Assembly (NCBI GenBank): GCA_002269645.1
Contig: NIVC01000916.1
Location: forward strand, 227,354 to 291,353
Direction: 5' to 3'
Length of the DNA stretch: 64,000 bases
Origin: Macrostomum lignano
Taxonomy: Eukaryota
The notes beneath the pieces were generated by a model. That model did not search any database. It had not been told where the DNA came from and saw only the letters and a list, made by a program, of their open reading frames with translations. Of this stretch, positions 24,769 to 39,586 are shown piece after piece. The number at the start of each line of letters is the position of its first letter. Positions within the stretch are counted from its first letter, which is position 1. The translations under genes were made by a program, and so were the position numbers.

Positions 24769-26129
24769 TTGTTTGGTACCCATAGTCAGGAAGGTGGCCT
24801 TTGCCATGGAAAATTCCGGTGCACACAAGGGGTCCTTGGCGCATAATCATGGCGCACACTGAGGTCCTTGGCGCATGCAGTGCACAATCATGGCACACAC
24901 TGAGGTTCCCAGCGTATGCGGCGCATAATTGCAGCGCATAAGGTCCCTGACATGCATGAAAATTATAATGCAAATTAACAATTTTATGTAAAATAAAGGA
25001 GATTTGTATAGTCTAGAAAACCAGTGATAAACTTTTTGCTTCTTTAAAATTAACAGTAAATAAAATTAGTATAAATTATTGCTAAGAATGTCAATTTTGC
25101 ATTACTCTATTTGTAGGTATAATTTAAGTTTGTTTAAAATGAAAATATGTGTAACATTTTAAAAAGGCTTTTTGTACAAAGGCATTTCTTAGAAAACTCT
25201 ACTTGTGAAGAGTGGCACATAGACGGCGCATAGACAATGCACATAGACGGCGCATAGACAACGCACATAGATGGCGCATAGATAGCATACAAATCGTCCC
25301 AAAAAATTATTCTGGTGCACACTGTGCCACCTTCCTGACTATGGTTTGGCACTAGCCTGCATCTACTTGGCACTGGTATGCATCTACTTGGCACTGGCAT
25401 GCATTGGTTCAGAGCATTCTGGAATGCACTCAACATGATCCAGACTATGGGCTATGCGCCATGCATGGGACTTCACAAGCCCTATTTAAAGTATACTTAG
25501 AGGAATTGTTGTGTCAACTGAACCCAGTGAAGCCATTTGGGAATATCCTATTATGAATTTCCCACTACTATAGCATGTAAAGCTTTTGCTGTTTGTTGGT
25601 AGTTTGACCATAGACAATAATACTTTATTTGTTTCATGTTAAGACTTGTTCACTTGTTAACATTTTGGCCATACACTATTGTAGCTTTTTGGTGTCAGAT
25701 ATATTATAACAAGTATCAAAGCATAGAATTAGTGCTTAATCAGGCTTAATTAGTACTTAAAATTGTTTGTACAGTAATTTTCTAGAGTCAAAATAATTTA
25801 ACAAATGGAACTTAACAATTGCTGAATATTATTCTTAAAAATTGATTCAGTTTCTAGTAATTCTAGCTTGAGAGTAATCACAGAATCTTTTATTATATAA
25901 AGTCCAGTGATATTCTAGCTGCTGATAGTAAAATTTTCTTTATCATTTTTTTGGGTAAGATTAAATTTAAAGAGTTTCAATTTGATATAGTAAGAAATTT
26001 TTTGATCTTTTGAGCATTGTTATTTCTAATACAGATGAGGTACTCTTTAGTGTACTGTATCTGCTTTTCATTTGCCTTAATAATATTTTGGCTATTAACT
26101 GTTGGGGTACTTAAGTCACAAGTTTCAGA

Positions 26130-26959
26130 AGTTCAGTAAGTTTTAATGAAAGAAACTTCCCTCTTATAGCCAATTTGGATTTTTTTCTCACCATTTTTGA
26201 CAAGTCTTAAGTTCTTTGATGATCTTCTGTTTAAACGCCCATTCCTTTTCTGTTAGGTCATTATCTATCCGAATTTGGGAATAGGCAGAGCCTGTTTGGC
26301 GTAGGTTTTGCAGGTTGCCAAAGAAGGCAGCTTTTTTGCTTTTATTGACTAGTCAAACAACCAGGGGCCTTTGTCAATAGTTGAGGTTGTTTGCAACCAA
26401 TTCACCTGGTGGCAACAATAGGCATAGTTGCAGGTGACACTTTAAGTCTGTCTTGCATAAGGTCTTTGAGCTTTGCCTCTTCTTGTGGTCCAAAAACCAC
26501 AATGTTGTTCATCTTTATGCTGCACTGTTTGACCTCCTCAACAATTTCATCAAAGCTGATGTTGAAGGTGACTGTCTGTTTCCTTTTCATGATTGATTCT
26601 AGCTCTTCTATATGCTCTTCAAGTGCAGTCAGCTTTACTTAAAGGTCTTTAAGCAGCTCTGCACCATTGATGAATGTGTGGGCATAAGTCTTGCAATCAT
26701 GGGATGTCCAAATGAGCCCATTGTCACTAGGGCCATTTGCTATGGCAGTGAAGATTGATTTGGCCAGGCCAGAGCAAGACTGGTAGTACCAGCAGTGGCA
26801 ACTTTTGCATTGTATGCCTTTGTGTACTTCATCATTGCAGGCTAGGCAGCTACCTTCATCAGTTTCTTGCCATGATTTAGCATGCAGTGGGAGGGAGATG
26901 CCTGTTAGGGATGCTTCTTGTTTATCAACATTGTTCTTCTGTTTGCCTTTTTGTGACAT
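26130..26959 (-). mobile_element. Decayed LINE ORF1 (PHD finger, coiled coil, CR1/L2-like C-terminal region)
   Basis: CLAC..IQCKSCHCWYYQSC..W..HDC, then KLTALEEHIEELE, KMNNIVVFG, IRIDNDLTEKE in one frame with in-frame stops. Confidence 0.75.
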
Positions 26960-28167
26960 TCAATTAATTATTGAGAACAACAAATTTTTATTAACAACCT
27001 CACTATCTTACATTATGCCTTTTCGCAGTAATTTAAAAAATTGTTCTCATGTTTTTTTTCTTCAATTTTTCAATCTGACTTCATTCATATCTTATCTCCT
27101 AATCAAAGCAATACTTCATAATTTACATCAACTAATTTAACAATTATTTCTAGCATCTAAATTTTTTAAATTTTAAATACAAAGCTCATACTGGCTTAAC
27201 AGGCTACTTGCCTGAGCCAAACTATATTACATTACACAGTTCACTTCTCATTGAGCCTATTGTAATTGTAAATGTCTGACAAAATGTTTTAAGCTGTATG
27301 GATGATTTTTTAGGAAAGGGGTTTTTAATGTAGTGCAGTTAGTTTTAAGAGGTTGCTTAAAGGTAAAATATCTTATCAAAAAGGCAATTCTTTGATATTT
27401 TGTCTAATTTGCTATTAAAATTGTTTTGCAACATTGTCATTAAATTTTTTCAAGACAAAACTACAAGTACAATTAAAATTTTCTGTTTCCAGATAGTTTC
27501 TGAAAAGCAATTACAATTTTGAACTTAATATTTAAATAATTTTTTTCAACTACACTTATTCTTATTTTAATATTTATTTGGAATTCCCAACTAGCTATTA
27601 ATAGGATTATTATGTTGTGAAACTCTAATTTACACATTTTACTTTGCTTCATAGCTACACTATTTTTGTAAAAGACTAAAGGGTATCCATATTTCCCAAA
27701 TTTAAGCTTGGAAATCCAGTTGCCAGCTTGCCCTTAGGGCTTAAAATCTAGTTTCTAATGGTTATTTTTGGTTGCCCATTGGCAACTAGCCAAACTCTCA
27801 AGGATGGATATTTCCAAAGCTGCATTTTAAAAGCAGAAATTTGTTCTCTCAACTCTTTAGATTGCTATCTATTCTGCAAACAATAACAAACTAGGCCTAA
27901 CAATTCTATCATATTGATTTATATAGCACTTTTTTAGACTACACTAACAAAATCATTTTTTAAATTAGCAATTTGTACTAGAAAAAAAGTTGTAAAATTA
28001 GCCTTTGATACCAAAAATCCTATATGGCCCAAAAAACCCAGTCTATTAGTCAACTATAGTTTGAAAGGTAAATATATGCCCTGGGATTTCCTAGTGTATA
28101 ACAAGGGTATTTGTCATTTTTTGTGTATATTAGCTAGTGTTTTGCCATAAGAGGGGTTCATCTGCTA

Positions 28168-28463
28168 CATACATGCGCAACAGTCGGCTGAGTTGGCCAA
28201 TCTGGCTGACCAATTTGGCGGCCAACCAAGGAAGTCGCAAAAATGCCCACCCAAAAAACACCCCAGTAGTAGTACTAAGTAGCTGACGAACCATTTTGGC
28301 TTAATAAGACAGTCATAGTTACTCCTGCCGTTTACCCAAAGTTGCGGTAATTTTGCTTTAGGGTTTTTTACATGTAAGTGGCATTTTTAGCCAAAAACTA
28401 CGTCGCATTTTTGTTAAAACTAAGTTGCACGGCCAACCAAATTTTGGAGGTTGCGCATGTATG
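28168..28463. mobile_element. hAT-type MITE, 296 bp, intact copy
   Basis: Perfect 14-bp TIR catacatgcgcaac / gttgcgcatgtatg; perfect 8-bp TSD atctgcta (28160-28167, 28464-28471). Confidence 0.9.
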
Positions 28464-28893
28464 ATCTGCTATAGCCATAGCCATAAGCAAAACTATGGCT
28501 TTTTCTAATTCTCTATATTCTGTAGCCGCAGGGATCCCAGTATTACCATATTCCCATAGTTCTTGTAGCAGTAGCCATAGTTTTAATAAAAAGTCTAGGA
28601 AATGAAATATTTTGAATTAAAAAATAACCTGGTGTTTAAACAATTACAAATTAAAGTAGAAAGTCTATAATACAGTTTACCAAAGTATATTTGTTTTACT
28701 CTACCTGTTTCTAATATTTCTTTATTTTTTAATTAATAACTATGGCTTATGGGAATCTATGGAATATGACAAAAACTACCATATTTCTGTAGTTGTAGCT
28801 GTAAGAGCAGTTATCTACCATAGGCATCTGTAGTTGCCATAGGCACCTATTTTACCATATTTGCCTACAACTATAGCAGAACACTAATATTAG

Positions 28894-29175
28894 CATACAT
28901 TTGCAACTGCTAGCCAACCTGGCCAATCCAGCTACTGTAAATTGTGGTAGACCAGGGTTAAGTTACAAAAATGCCCATCCAAAAGAATATAGACATACAT
29001 AGTACTAATTAGATGATGAGACATTTAGTCTTTATAAGACAGACATAGTTATTCCTGCCATTTACCCAAAGTTGTGTTAATTTTAGCTTTAGGGTTTCTT
29101 TCTTAAGTAAATCACATTTTTGGTAAAAAATTAAGTCACATGGCCAGTGTAAATCAGGGAGGTTGCACATATATT
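28894..29175. mobile_element. Decayed second copy of the 28168 MITE
   Basis: catacatttgcaac..gttgcacatatat; shared core ataagacag.catagtta.tcctgcc.tttacccaaagttg. Confidence 0.8.
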
Positions 29176-30269
29176 GTTATGGTTGAAGAACACGAAGGCA
29201 TTTGGGTTTATGAATTGAAGGAGGGCATTATTTGAGCAGCTCTAAATTGGCATGAGCACAAAGCTTGCTCTTATATTTCTTTACCCTTAAGGGCATTGAA
29301 GTTTCTAGCAAACAAGGTGTACAATAACATTTGGCCCCGATGGCACATAGACTACTTTTAGAAGAAAATAAATCTATGAATAATGCAGCATAGCATGCAG
29401 CATATGCAACATGTATGTATATTAGTATATATCCTAGCATATATAAAACAGTAGAAACATTGTGTTAGTGATGTACCTTTTTAGTCCCAATATACAAAGT
29501 ATTGGATTTTCCCATTAGACCTAGCATACACTAATACACTATCTAAACTATAGTATCGTTACTACCCTTATTATAATTAGAAAAAGTTAGGCCTAGTTAA
29601 TAGTTATTCTATTAGTACTCATAGAATATATTTCTCATGCATAGTCAAGAAATATCTATCTTAGAATTGCTAATCTTATAACATTTTATATTTAGCTTAG
29701 GATTTTAAAGTTAGTTTTTTAGTTAAACAATTAAAATAAATTTGCATTATTGTTGTCACCCCATGACCATGCCAATGCAGGTGCAGGCTATCTATAAGAG
29801 GCCCATATGATGACTTGTTTGAAGTAGTTGCATGCAATAAGGCCAAGAATAAGTCCAGAATATCAAAAGATTTCTATAAAGCCAAAACCATTGCTTTAAA
29901 TACCTGTCTTCTAACTTAATTACTTTTAATTATAGGAATACTTTAGCACATAGACAGAATATTTAAAGATATAATTGTAGAAGTATAAATAGAAGCAATA
30001 GCATAGCCAATCTATATTAACCTATTGGGTTTTAATTCCTATTCTTTTTAACATCCCTTCCTTTATCACATTTACAATTTATTTCTTTTTTATTTAGTTT
30101 TAGTGTTAAGCATTATTATTAAGAATTTTAACTTAAAAAGAATTTTAAAGTTAAAGCAAAAAGTCTTAATGGCAGTCCATTAACATTAATGAAAAATCTT
30201 AATACTTTATAACAGATTAATGCTTCTCAATAGACTAGTGCCCAACACTGTTTACTTAAGTAATTATGA

Positions 30270-30425
30270 TTATATTATTAAAGCTATATGCCTTATCATC
30301 TAATTAGTACTATAATATGCAGATTTTTTGGATGGGAATTTTGCAACTTACCTTGGGTGGGCTTCTTGCTAGCTGGCCTAGCCAGATTGGCTAGCTAGGT
30401 TGTAGCTAGTTTTATAAATATAAGC
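30270..30425 (-). mobile_element. Heavily decayed, inverted third copy of the same MITE (partial)
   Basis: Reverse complement contains agccaatctggc..aagttgcaaaattcccatccaaaaa..tagtactaattagatgat. Confidence 0.6.
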
Positions 30426-31609
30426 ATATGTTTTGAATTTGAATTTTGTTTTGTTTTGAATTAATGTTCTGTAATGTTTTGAATTAGTGCAACTTTTTTA
30501 TCTTAAATTTTTAATGTTTTTGTAATTTATTTTGTCTTTTAGGGTTTGTTGACCATTTTACCCAAAATATTTTTGGTAAATTTAAGATAGTAGAAATCAG
30601 TTTATAATTTTTTACAAATACTATTTATTTTTTTATTTAACTTTGTTATTTATTATTTCTTTGCTCTTTTATCTTTTATCCTTTTTCTACTGATAAGATT
30701 ATATCTAATATAGTTAGAATAGTAAAAACTTTCTAACAATAGCTATGAAAGTTAGTATTAGGCCTAAAATGCATGATAGAACTGCAAAATAATACTTTTT
30801 GCTATTTTTGTAGTTAATAAAATTAACTTTTTTTCTCTTGTAATAAACATATTGAGTATATAAAAATTTGTTTCCTGATTAAGACAACAAAGCTAACCTA
30901 TTAAAATAATAAAGACAGTTCGAATACTGTTAAAATTTGATTTATCTAATAAAAAGGTGAGTTAAGAATAAGAAAAAATAGTTTATTATATTAGTTCTAT
31001 ATTTCAATATTACCAGTTATTTTAGAACTTACCATTCTTGTTCAAAATTAGAAGATAAAGGCACTAACTTTCCAATGGTATCACAATTTTTAATTAGCTT
31101 ATTCTACAAATAAGATGATGTTTTTAAGTCATACATATGCAACTACTGAAATTATATTTGTTATGCAACTTAATTTTTTACTGAAAATGCAATTTCAACT
31201 TAGTCTTGTTATTGACTCAAAACATGGTAAAAGCTATTTAATTTTTGCCTAATTTGCCTAATCAATCATAACTATATAATTGGTTAGTTCTAAGTTTTAA
31301 ATCAATCAAAAGCATAGAAGACCAAAGGCCATATTGAGTTAATTGGTATGTTCATCGAGTTACATTTTGGTGGCTATTTTTTGTTGCAAATATAAAAGCA
31401 ATATTTTTGATAAAGATTAATATGCAAGATGTACAAAGCATCAAATGTATATAGGCAGGGGCAGACAGCTTTTCAAACACTTATTACAATAGAGATTTTA
31501 AAGGGCTAAAATAACTGCTATTCCCACTGCCCAGCTGGGCACCATCACTACTGGGCACAGTGGCCGCAGCAAGCACGCATTGAGTCTCAGGCCCGCTAGA
31601 AGCTCCAGC

Positions 31610-32029
31610 ATGGCCGGGCTGTACGGCCGCATCATGACGGCCGACCAGCTGGCCGCCAGCCAAGACTATGAAAACAACAAGCCGGCGCCCAGCAGCTTAG
31701 TATCGACATCGTTGGGCGCTGGAAAATCGACGTCTATAACGACCGTGTCGGTGACGGCCGTGTCGGCTGCGCCACCAGCTCCGGCGTCCTCAGCGGCGGC
31801 GGCGGCTGCAGCAGCGACAGCTCTGTTTCTGTCCTCCTCGGACATGAGCACCAGTTTCCATGCCTATTCAGCATCGACCACCGCGTCAGCCGTAGCCCCA
31901 GCCGCTGCAGCAGCGGTACCATCGGCCAGCGGATGCGAGTCCTTGAAAAGCTGCTACCGCGACCCTGCCGACCGGCCGCTGATGAAGCTGAGCTCCGGAC
32001 TTATCAAGACCTACAAGACTATTAATGAG
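31610..32029 (+). CDS. DYRK1: DYRK1/minibrain kinase, first coding exon
   Basis: YRDPADRPLMKLSSGLIKTYKTINE matches DYRK1A [25 protein letters not shown]; donor GAG|GTGAAA; start codon uncertain (possible acceptor at 31590). Confidence 0.85.
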
Positions 32030-32059
32030 GTGAAATGCCATGCCGAGCTGTCCCACTTT

Positions 32060-32510
32060 GTTAATTGTTGACCCGTCCATATTGACCTGCTGACCTATCT
32101 CTTTTGACCCTTTTCTGCTGACCCATCTCTATTGACCCTTTCCTGCTGACCTACCCATGTTGACCCATCCCTGTTGACCCTTGACCTATTATTGTTGACC
32201 CATCCCTGTTGACCCTTGACCTATGCTTGTTGATGCATCTCTGTTGACCCTTGACTTAATATTGTTGACCCATCCCCGTTGACCCTTGACCTATTATTGT
32301 TGACCCATCCCTGTTGACCCTTGACCTATTTTTGTTGACCCATCCCTGTTGACCCTTGACCTATTCTTGTTGACACGTCTCTATTGACCCATCCCTGTTG
32401 ACCCTTGACCTATTCTTGTTGACACATCTCTGTTGACCCATCCCTGTTGACCCATCTCTGTTGACACGCTTCTGTTGACCCAACCCCTGTTGACCCACCC
32501 CTTGTGCCCT
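32060..32510. repeat. Degenerate ttgaccc-based minisatellite, DYRK1 intron
   Basis: ttgacccatccctgttgacccttgacctattattg units. Confidence 0.9.
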
Positions 32511-32608
32511 AATACTGTTTTCCTATCAATACTTAGCATCCTTTGTTAACCCATTAGCCTATTGACCCACCCCATATCGTTCCATCAATGCTGACCCATC
32601 GGTACTGA

Positions 32609-34260
<1,652 letters not shown>

Positions 34261-34482
34261 ATGCTTGGCGGCCGTCTATGAGGATATACGCGTTGAACCC
34301 GGCTGCTATCGGTCCACTCAGCTTTAGATATAAGAAGAGTACATGTATTGCAAGTTAAGCACAGTTGGTAGAGGTTAGTACGCAGCTCAATAGAAATCTT
34401 GAGTCACCCGACCGACTGACAAATTGTGCACCGTGTCGCTAATATGCAGTTTCAACAAATTTAACTGCACTCGCTCCCGCAG

Positions 34483-34865
34483 GCCTGCCCCCGTCCTCGC
34501 TGCTGGACCAGGGCCGAAAGAGCGAGCGCTTCTTCGAGCGCCTACCGGACGGAGCCGGACACCAGCCCCGGCCGGCCAGCCTGAACGGCCTGGGCGCCAG
34601 GCGGCCCTCCTATCAGCCGCCAGGCAGTCGGCAGCTTCTGCGCGACATCCTCGGCGCCGACATCGGCGGCCCGGGCGGTCGGCGGCGCGGCGAGGCCGGG
34701 CACGGACCGGCCGACTATCACGTGTTCGCCGACTTTCTTGGCCGGGCGCTCACCTACGATCCGTGGCAGCGAATCCGGCCGGGCCAGGCCTTGCAGCACC
34801 GCTTCTGCCGGCCGTCGCCTCCATCTCCGCCTGGCGCTGTCGGCTCCAGTGGGACTGCCAGATAG
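34483..34865 (+). CDS. DYRK1: DYRK1 last coding exon
   Basis: Hand translation GLPPSSLLDQG..FFERLPDG..YQPPGSR..ILG..GGPGGRR.GEAGH..ADY..LTYDP..RI..ALQHRF, TAG at 34863-34865; this frame is missing from the ORF track. Confidence 0.92.
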
Positions 34866-34989
34866 ACGGCCGAAATACTGCGCTGTATCATCTTTTGTAA
34901 TATTTTTTCGTCTGTCACTTAAGCTGCTTGACTCCGTGATGTGTGGCAGTAGCAATAAGCTTTTTGGGTTTTCCACTGGGTTCGCCGGG

Positions 34990-35105
34990 GCAACGGTTTT
35001 CCGTGGCTTTACCATGGGTTTTCCGTGGCTTTACCATGGGTTTTCCATAGCTTAGCCGTGGGTTTTCCATGGCTTTACCATGGGTTTTCCGAGGCTTTAC
35101 CATGA
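34990..35105. repeat. 22-bp repeat downstream of the DYRK1 stop
   Basis: ttttccgtggctttaccatggg, about 5 units. Confidence 0.85.
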
Positions 35106-35723
35106 GTTTCTCCGCGGAAGGACAGATAGAGAAAAGCATGGGACAGAGATCATGTACATGTTTGAGGCCAGTAGAGTGGGTTAAGTCTACTGACTATCTG
35201 GTTTTCCCGCTTTTTCCATCAGAATTGTTTCAAATCCTTGGAATTGGTGCATCTAGGCGAATAGGGTCAATAGCTTATTGTTATTGTACGTAAAATCTGT
35301 CTATATTTAGTGTCGGATTTTATTCTTGTTTTATTGATTGACTGCTTACAGTCAATGGCGACTCCCTTTTGTGTTTGTTTTTTTGTTTAACTGAGTCTCC
35401 TGCCTCGCGTTAATCTTTTCTTCTTGTGTTTTAAATTTTATTCACTGTCCCGTTTTTAACAACTGTTTGCTTAGACTTTATTTTATCTTCACTTCCTTCC
35501 CGGAAAGTCGCAGTTGCTTTGGGGGATGTTTAGCCTTTTTAGAGCTCTCCGCTCGCGATTGCACTCTTCTACTGGTTCGCGTGCCGGCAATAGATTTTTT
35601 CAGCAGACTGATTTGCTTGCTGACGCAGTTATGCTACTGAAATCTCAGCCCCGCTGTCTGTCTGTCTTGCTTTTAGCATTGCTCACTCTTGTACTCTGCT
35701 GCTTTGCACTTGGTCCTGTCTCT

Positions 35724-35734
35724 GGTCTGTCTGT

Positions 35735-35804
<70 letters not shown>

Positions 35805-35879
35805 GCCTGCCTGCCTGTCTGTCTGTCTGTCTGTCTGTCTGCGTGTGTGTCTGTCTGTCTGCCTGCCTGTCCGTCTGCC

Positions 35880-35920
<41 letters not shown>

Positions 35921-35972
35921 GCCTGCCTGCCTGTCCGTCTGTCTGTCTGTCTGCCTGCCTGTCTGTCTGTCT
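35724..35972. repeat. (TCTG/CCTG)n microsatellite
   Basis: Direct reading. Confidence 0.97.
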
Positions 35973-37316
35973 CAGCCGCCTCTTCCCCCCACTGAGCTGT
36001 GAGGTGTCCGAGGTGCCTCACAGCTGTGTACATAGCATCATCTCCCCTCCCCAAATTTTAAATAATTTCTTACCAATACGGCGGCCGCAGCACTTTTTAT
36101 CCCAGCAGACCGACGTTTTGATTCGCTGATTGAAATCCTTTTTTTAGCAGAGTCTTTGAGCACTAGTCTTGGTTTAGTAATAGTTTTGATGTCTGCCGCA
36201 GTCTGCGGCGGTTCCATTGCTCTTTGTTCTTGTGTGCATACGGATTTGTCCCTGCGCGTGCAATAGGAAGCAGCTTGACTCTTAACTTGATTTTCTGTTT
36301 ATACAACTTTTTTGTCAATTTTATTATTGTTTTAACTGGCCTCAGCTGTTAGTGCGTGTGCAATAACTCTACTATGATAATAAATACTGTCATAGCAATC
36401 TATACAGTGTGCAATTTGTTATTTTTTTATTACACATATTTATACATTTGCATACACACACATAGCATGCATATATATATATACACTTGGCGTGCATCGT
36501 GCTCAGACTGAACTCAGAGTAAACTCTCAATGTGTGCGCTAGTGCGTGTTTTTTCTCTTCAAATATTCTGTTTGTTTTGTTGACTGCGCCCGTAGATTTG
36601 TGTTTTGCTCGAGCTGAACAATGTTACCTGCTAAATTATGTGCATAAATACTTATTGATGCGGATTCAATACTTGATCAGCCATTGCCCTGTTCAGTCAT
36701 AAACCGTATTGGATTGTATTAACAACAATTTTAAGCAGCGCCCTATATCTTTGCTGAATGATATATTTTTTAAAGAAAAGTGTTTGCTATTTTTATGTTT
36801 TTTATTCTCCTTGTATCATCAGCTTCCTTTAAGGCGATGTCTGGCAAAGGGGCTCCTGCTCTGTCTACAAAACAGCGTTTTTTTTGGCAGCAAATTGGAA
36901 TTTTAACACAAAAAACTTATTCAAGTCGGGCAGTTGCTGTTCGCAGCGGAAATTAATCCTGTTTTTTCTTTTATTTCTACTCGCCAGTAGTCTGATTTGG
37001 GTCTATTTTAATTCGAGAATAATGTGCATTACAGGCCCAATTTTATGTATTATATGCCTCTAATTAAATGTCCAAAGCAGTCCTGAACGCGAGGTCAATC
37101 ATCAGTAGCGCTAATTACATTATGTGTCCTTTGTTGAAATTGAAACTCTCTGCAGCCAACTCTGTGGATCAATGTACCCGCATAGAAACCAGGCTTAGTA
37201 ATAGGCGCGCTGGGATTCAACTTTACTTAGCTAATACTCTGCCGATTTTTGACAACGATATCATTATCATTTTTTATTGCCTTGCGCGTGTTCAAACAGG
37301 CTTTTTAATAGATTTC

Positions 37317-38390
37317 TGTCTGCTCTCTCTGTCCCCGCTGTGTAATCCCCTCCCTTCTGCCCTCTTCCCCCGCTGTCTAATCCCCTCCCTTCTGCCCTCT
37401 TCCCCCCCTGTCTAATCCCCTCCCTTCTGCCCTCTTCCCCCGCTGTGTAATCCCCTCCCTTCTGCCCTCTTCCCCCGCTGTCTAATCCCCTCCCTTCTGC
37501 CCTCTTCCCCCCTGTCTAATCCCCTTCCTTCTGCCCTCTTCCCCCCCTGTCTAATCCCCTCCCTTCTGCCCTCTTCCCCCCCTGTCTAATCCCCTCCCTT
37601 CTGCCCTCTTCCCCGCTGTCTAATACCCTCCCTTCTGCCCTCTTCCCCCGCTGTCTAATCCCCTCCCTTCTGCCCTCTTCCCCCGCTGTCTAATCCCCTC
37701 CCTTCTGCCCTCTTCCCCCGCTGTCTAATCCCCTCGCTTCTGCCCTCTTCCCCCGCTGTCTAATCCCCTCCCTTCTGCCCTCTTCCCCCGCTGTCTAATC
37801 CCCTCGCTTCTGCCCTCTTCCCCCCTGTCTAATCCCCTCCCTTCTGCCCTCTTCCCCCGCTGTCTAATACCCTCCCTTCTGCCCTCTTCCCCCGCTGTCT
37901 AATCCCCTCGCTTCTGCCCTCTTCCCCCCCTGTCTAATCCCCTCCCTTCTGCCCTCTTCCCCCGCTGTCTAATCCCCTCGCTTCTGCCCTCTTCCCCCCC
38001 TGTCTAATCCCCTCCCTTCTGCCCTCTTCCCCCGCTGTCTAATCCCCTCCCTTCTGCCCTCTTCCCCCGCTGTCTAATCCCCTCCCTTCTGCCCTCTTCC
38101 CCCCCCTGTCTAATCCCCTCCCTTCTGCCCTCTTCCCCCCTGTCTAATACCCTCCCTTCTGCCCTCTTCCCCCTGTCTAATCCCCTCCCTTCTGCCCTCT
38201 TCCCCCGCTGTCTAATCCCTTCTGCCCTCTTCCCCCGCTGTCTAATCCCCTCCCTTCTGCCCTCTTCCCCCCCCTGTCTAATCCCCTCCCTTCTGCCCTC
38301 TTCCCCCCTGTCTAATACCCTCCCTTCTGCCCTCTTCCCCCTGTCTAATCCCCTCCCTTCTGCCCTCTTCCCCCTGTCCCCGCTGTCTCT
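37317..38390. repeat. About 35-bp pyrimidine-rich minisatellite
   Basis: ctgtctaatcccctcccttctgccctcttcccccg, about 30 units. Confidence 0.96.
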
Positions 38391-38839
38391 AGCCCTCTAG
38401 AACAGGGAGCCCTGTGGTTCAGTAAAGAAGCAATACATTAACTATTTATTACCCTGTCAACTTTGTCTCTTTGTTGTGTACAGTTCTGTGCCTCACTCAT
38501 TTTCTGTCGCAGTTTTATCTGAATTAATGATATATATTATATATACAAATTCATGCATAAGCTATGATATGTTATGAATATAAATATATACTGTAAACTC
38601 CCCGACCGTTTAAAAGCTTGCGGCTGCAAAACTCGCTTTGAAAAGGAAATTGCAAACAAAAACAAAAAATTGTTCCATTGTCAACAATAACGGTTTGCAT
38701 CTTCAATTTATTTATTTACTGAATTAAGTAAAAACAATGACAGGCATGAAAGTCCACGAGAGAAATGATATTACTAAGCTAGGTTATGATCAGTTGGGTT
38801 TTGTTGTTTCTTTGTTGCCTCCCCCACTAGGGCCGCTGT

Positions 38840-39585
38840 ACACTCCTCTCACTAGCAGTGGTCCTGGATTGGGTGTTACACTCCTCACTAACAGCGGTCC
38901 TTGGATTGGGTGTTACACTCCTCACTAACAGCGGTCCTTGGATTGGGTGTTACACTCCTCACTAACAGTGGTCCTTGGATTGGGTGTTACACTCCTCACT
39001 AACAGCGGTCCTTGGATTCGGTGTTACACTCCTCACTAACAGTGGTCCTTGGATTCTGTGTTACACTCCTCTCACTAATAGTGGTCCTTGGATAAGGTGT
39101 ACACTCCTCTCACTAACAGCGGTCCTTGGATTGGGTGTTACACTCCTCACTAACAGTGGTCCTTGGATTGGGTGTTACACTCCTCACTAACAGTGGTCCT
39201 TGGATTGAGTATTACACTCCTCACTAACAGCGGTCCTTGGATTGGGTGTACATTCCTCTCACTAATAGTGGTCCTTGGATAAGGTGTACACTCCTCTCAC
39301 TAACAGCGGTCCTTGGATTGGGTGTTACACTCCTCACTAACAGTGGTCCTTGGATTGGGTGTTACACTCCTCACTAACAGTGGTCCTTGGATTGGGTGTT
39401 ACACTCCTCACTAACAGTGGTCCTTGGATTGGGTGTACATCCCTCTCACTAATAGTGGTCCTTGAATTGGGTGTACACTTCCCTCACTAACAGTGGTCCT
39501 TGGATAAGGTGTACACTCCTCTCACTAAGCAGTGCGTGGTCCTTGGACATGAGGTGAACACTCCTCATCAACAGTGGTCCTTGGT
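38840..39585. repeat. 37-39-bp minisatellite abutting the scratch stop codon
   Basis: ctcctcactaacagtggtccttggattgggtgttaca, about 20 units. Confidence 0.95.
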
Positions 39586-39586
39586 T

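Noticed and set aside
8951-31530. Fungal-type RIP as the cause of the AT-rich domains
   Set aside because: Clear substitutions are mostly at CpG, and duplicated sequences outside the domains (paired LTRs, foldback arms) are not mutated; a non-CpG component stays open
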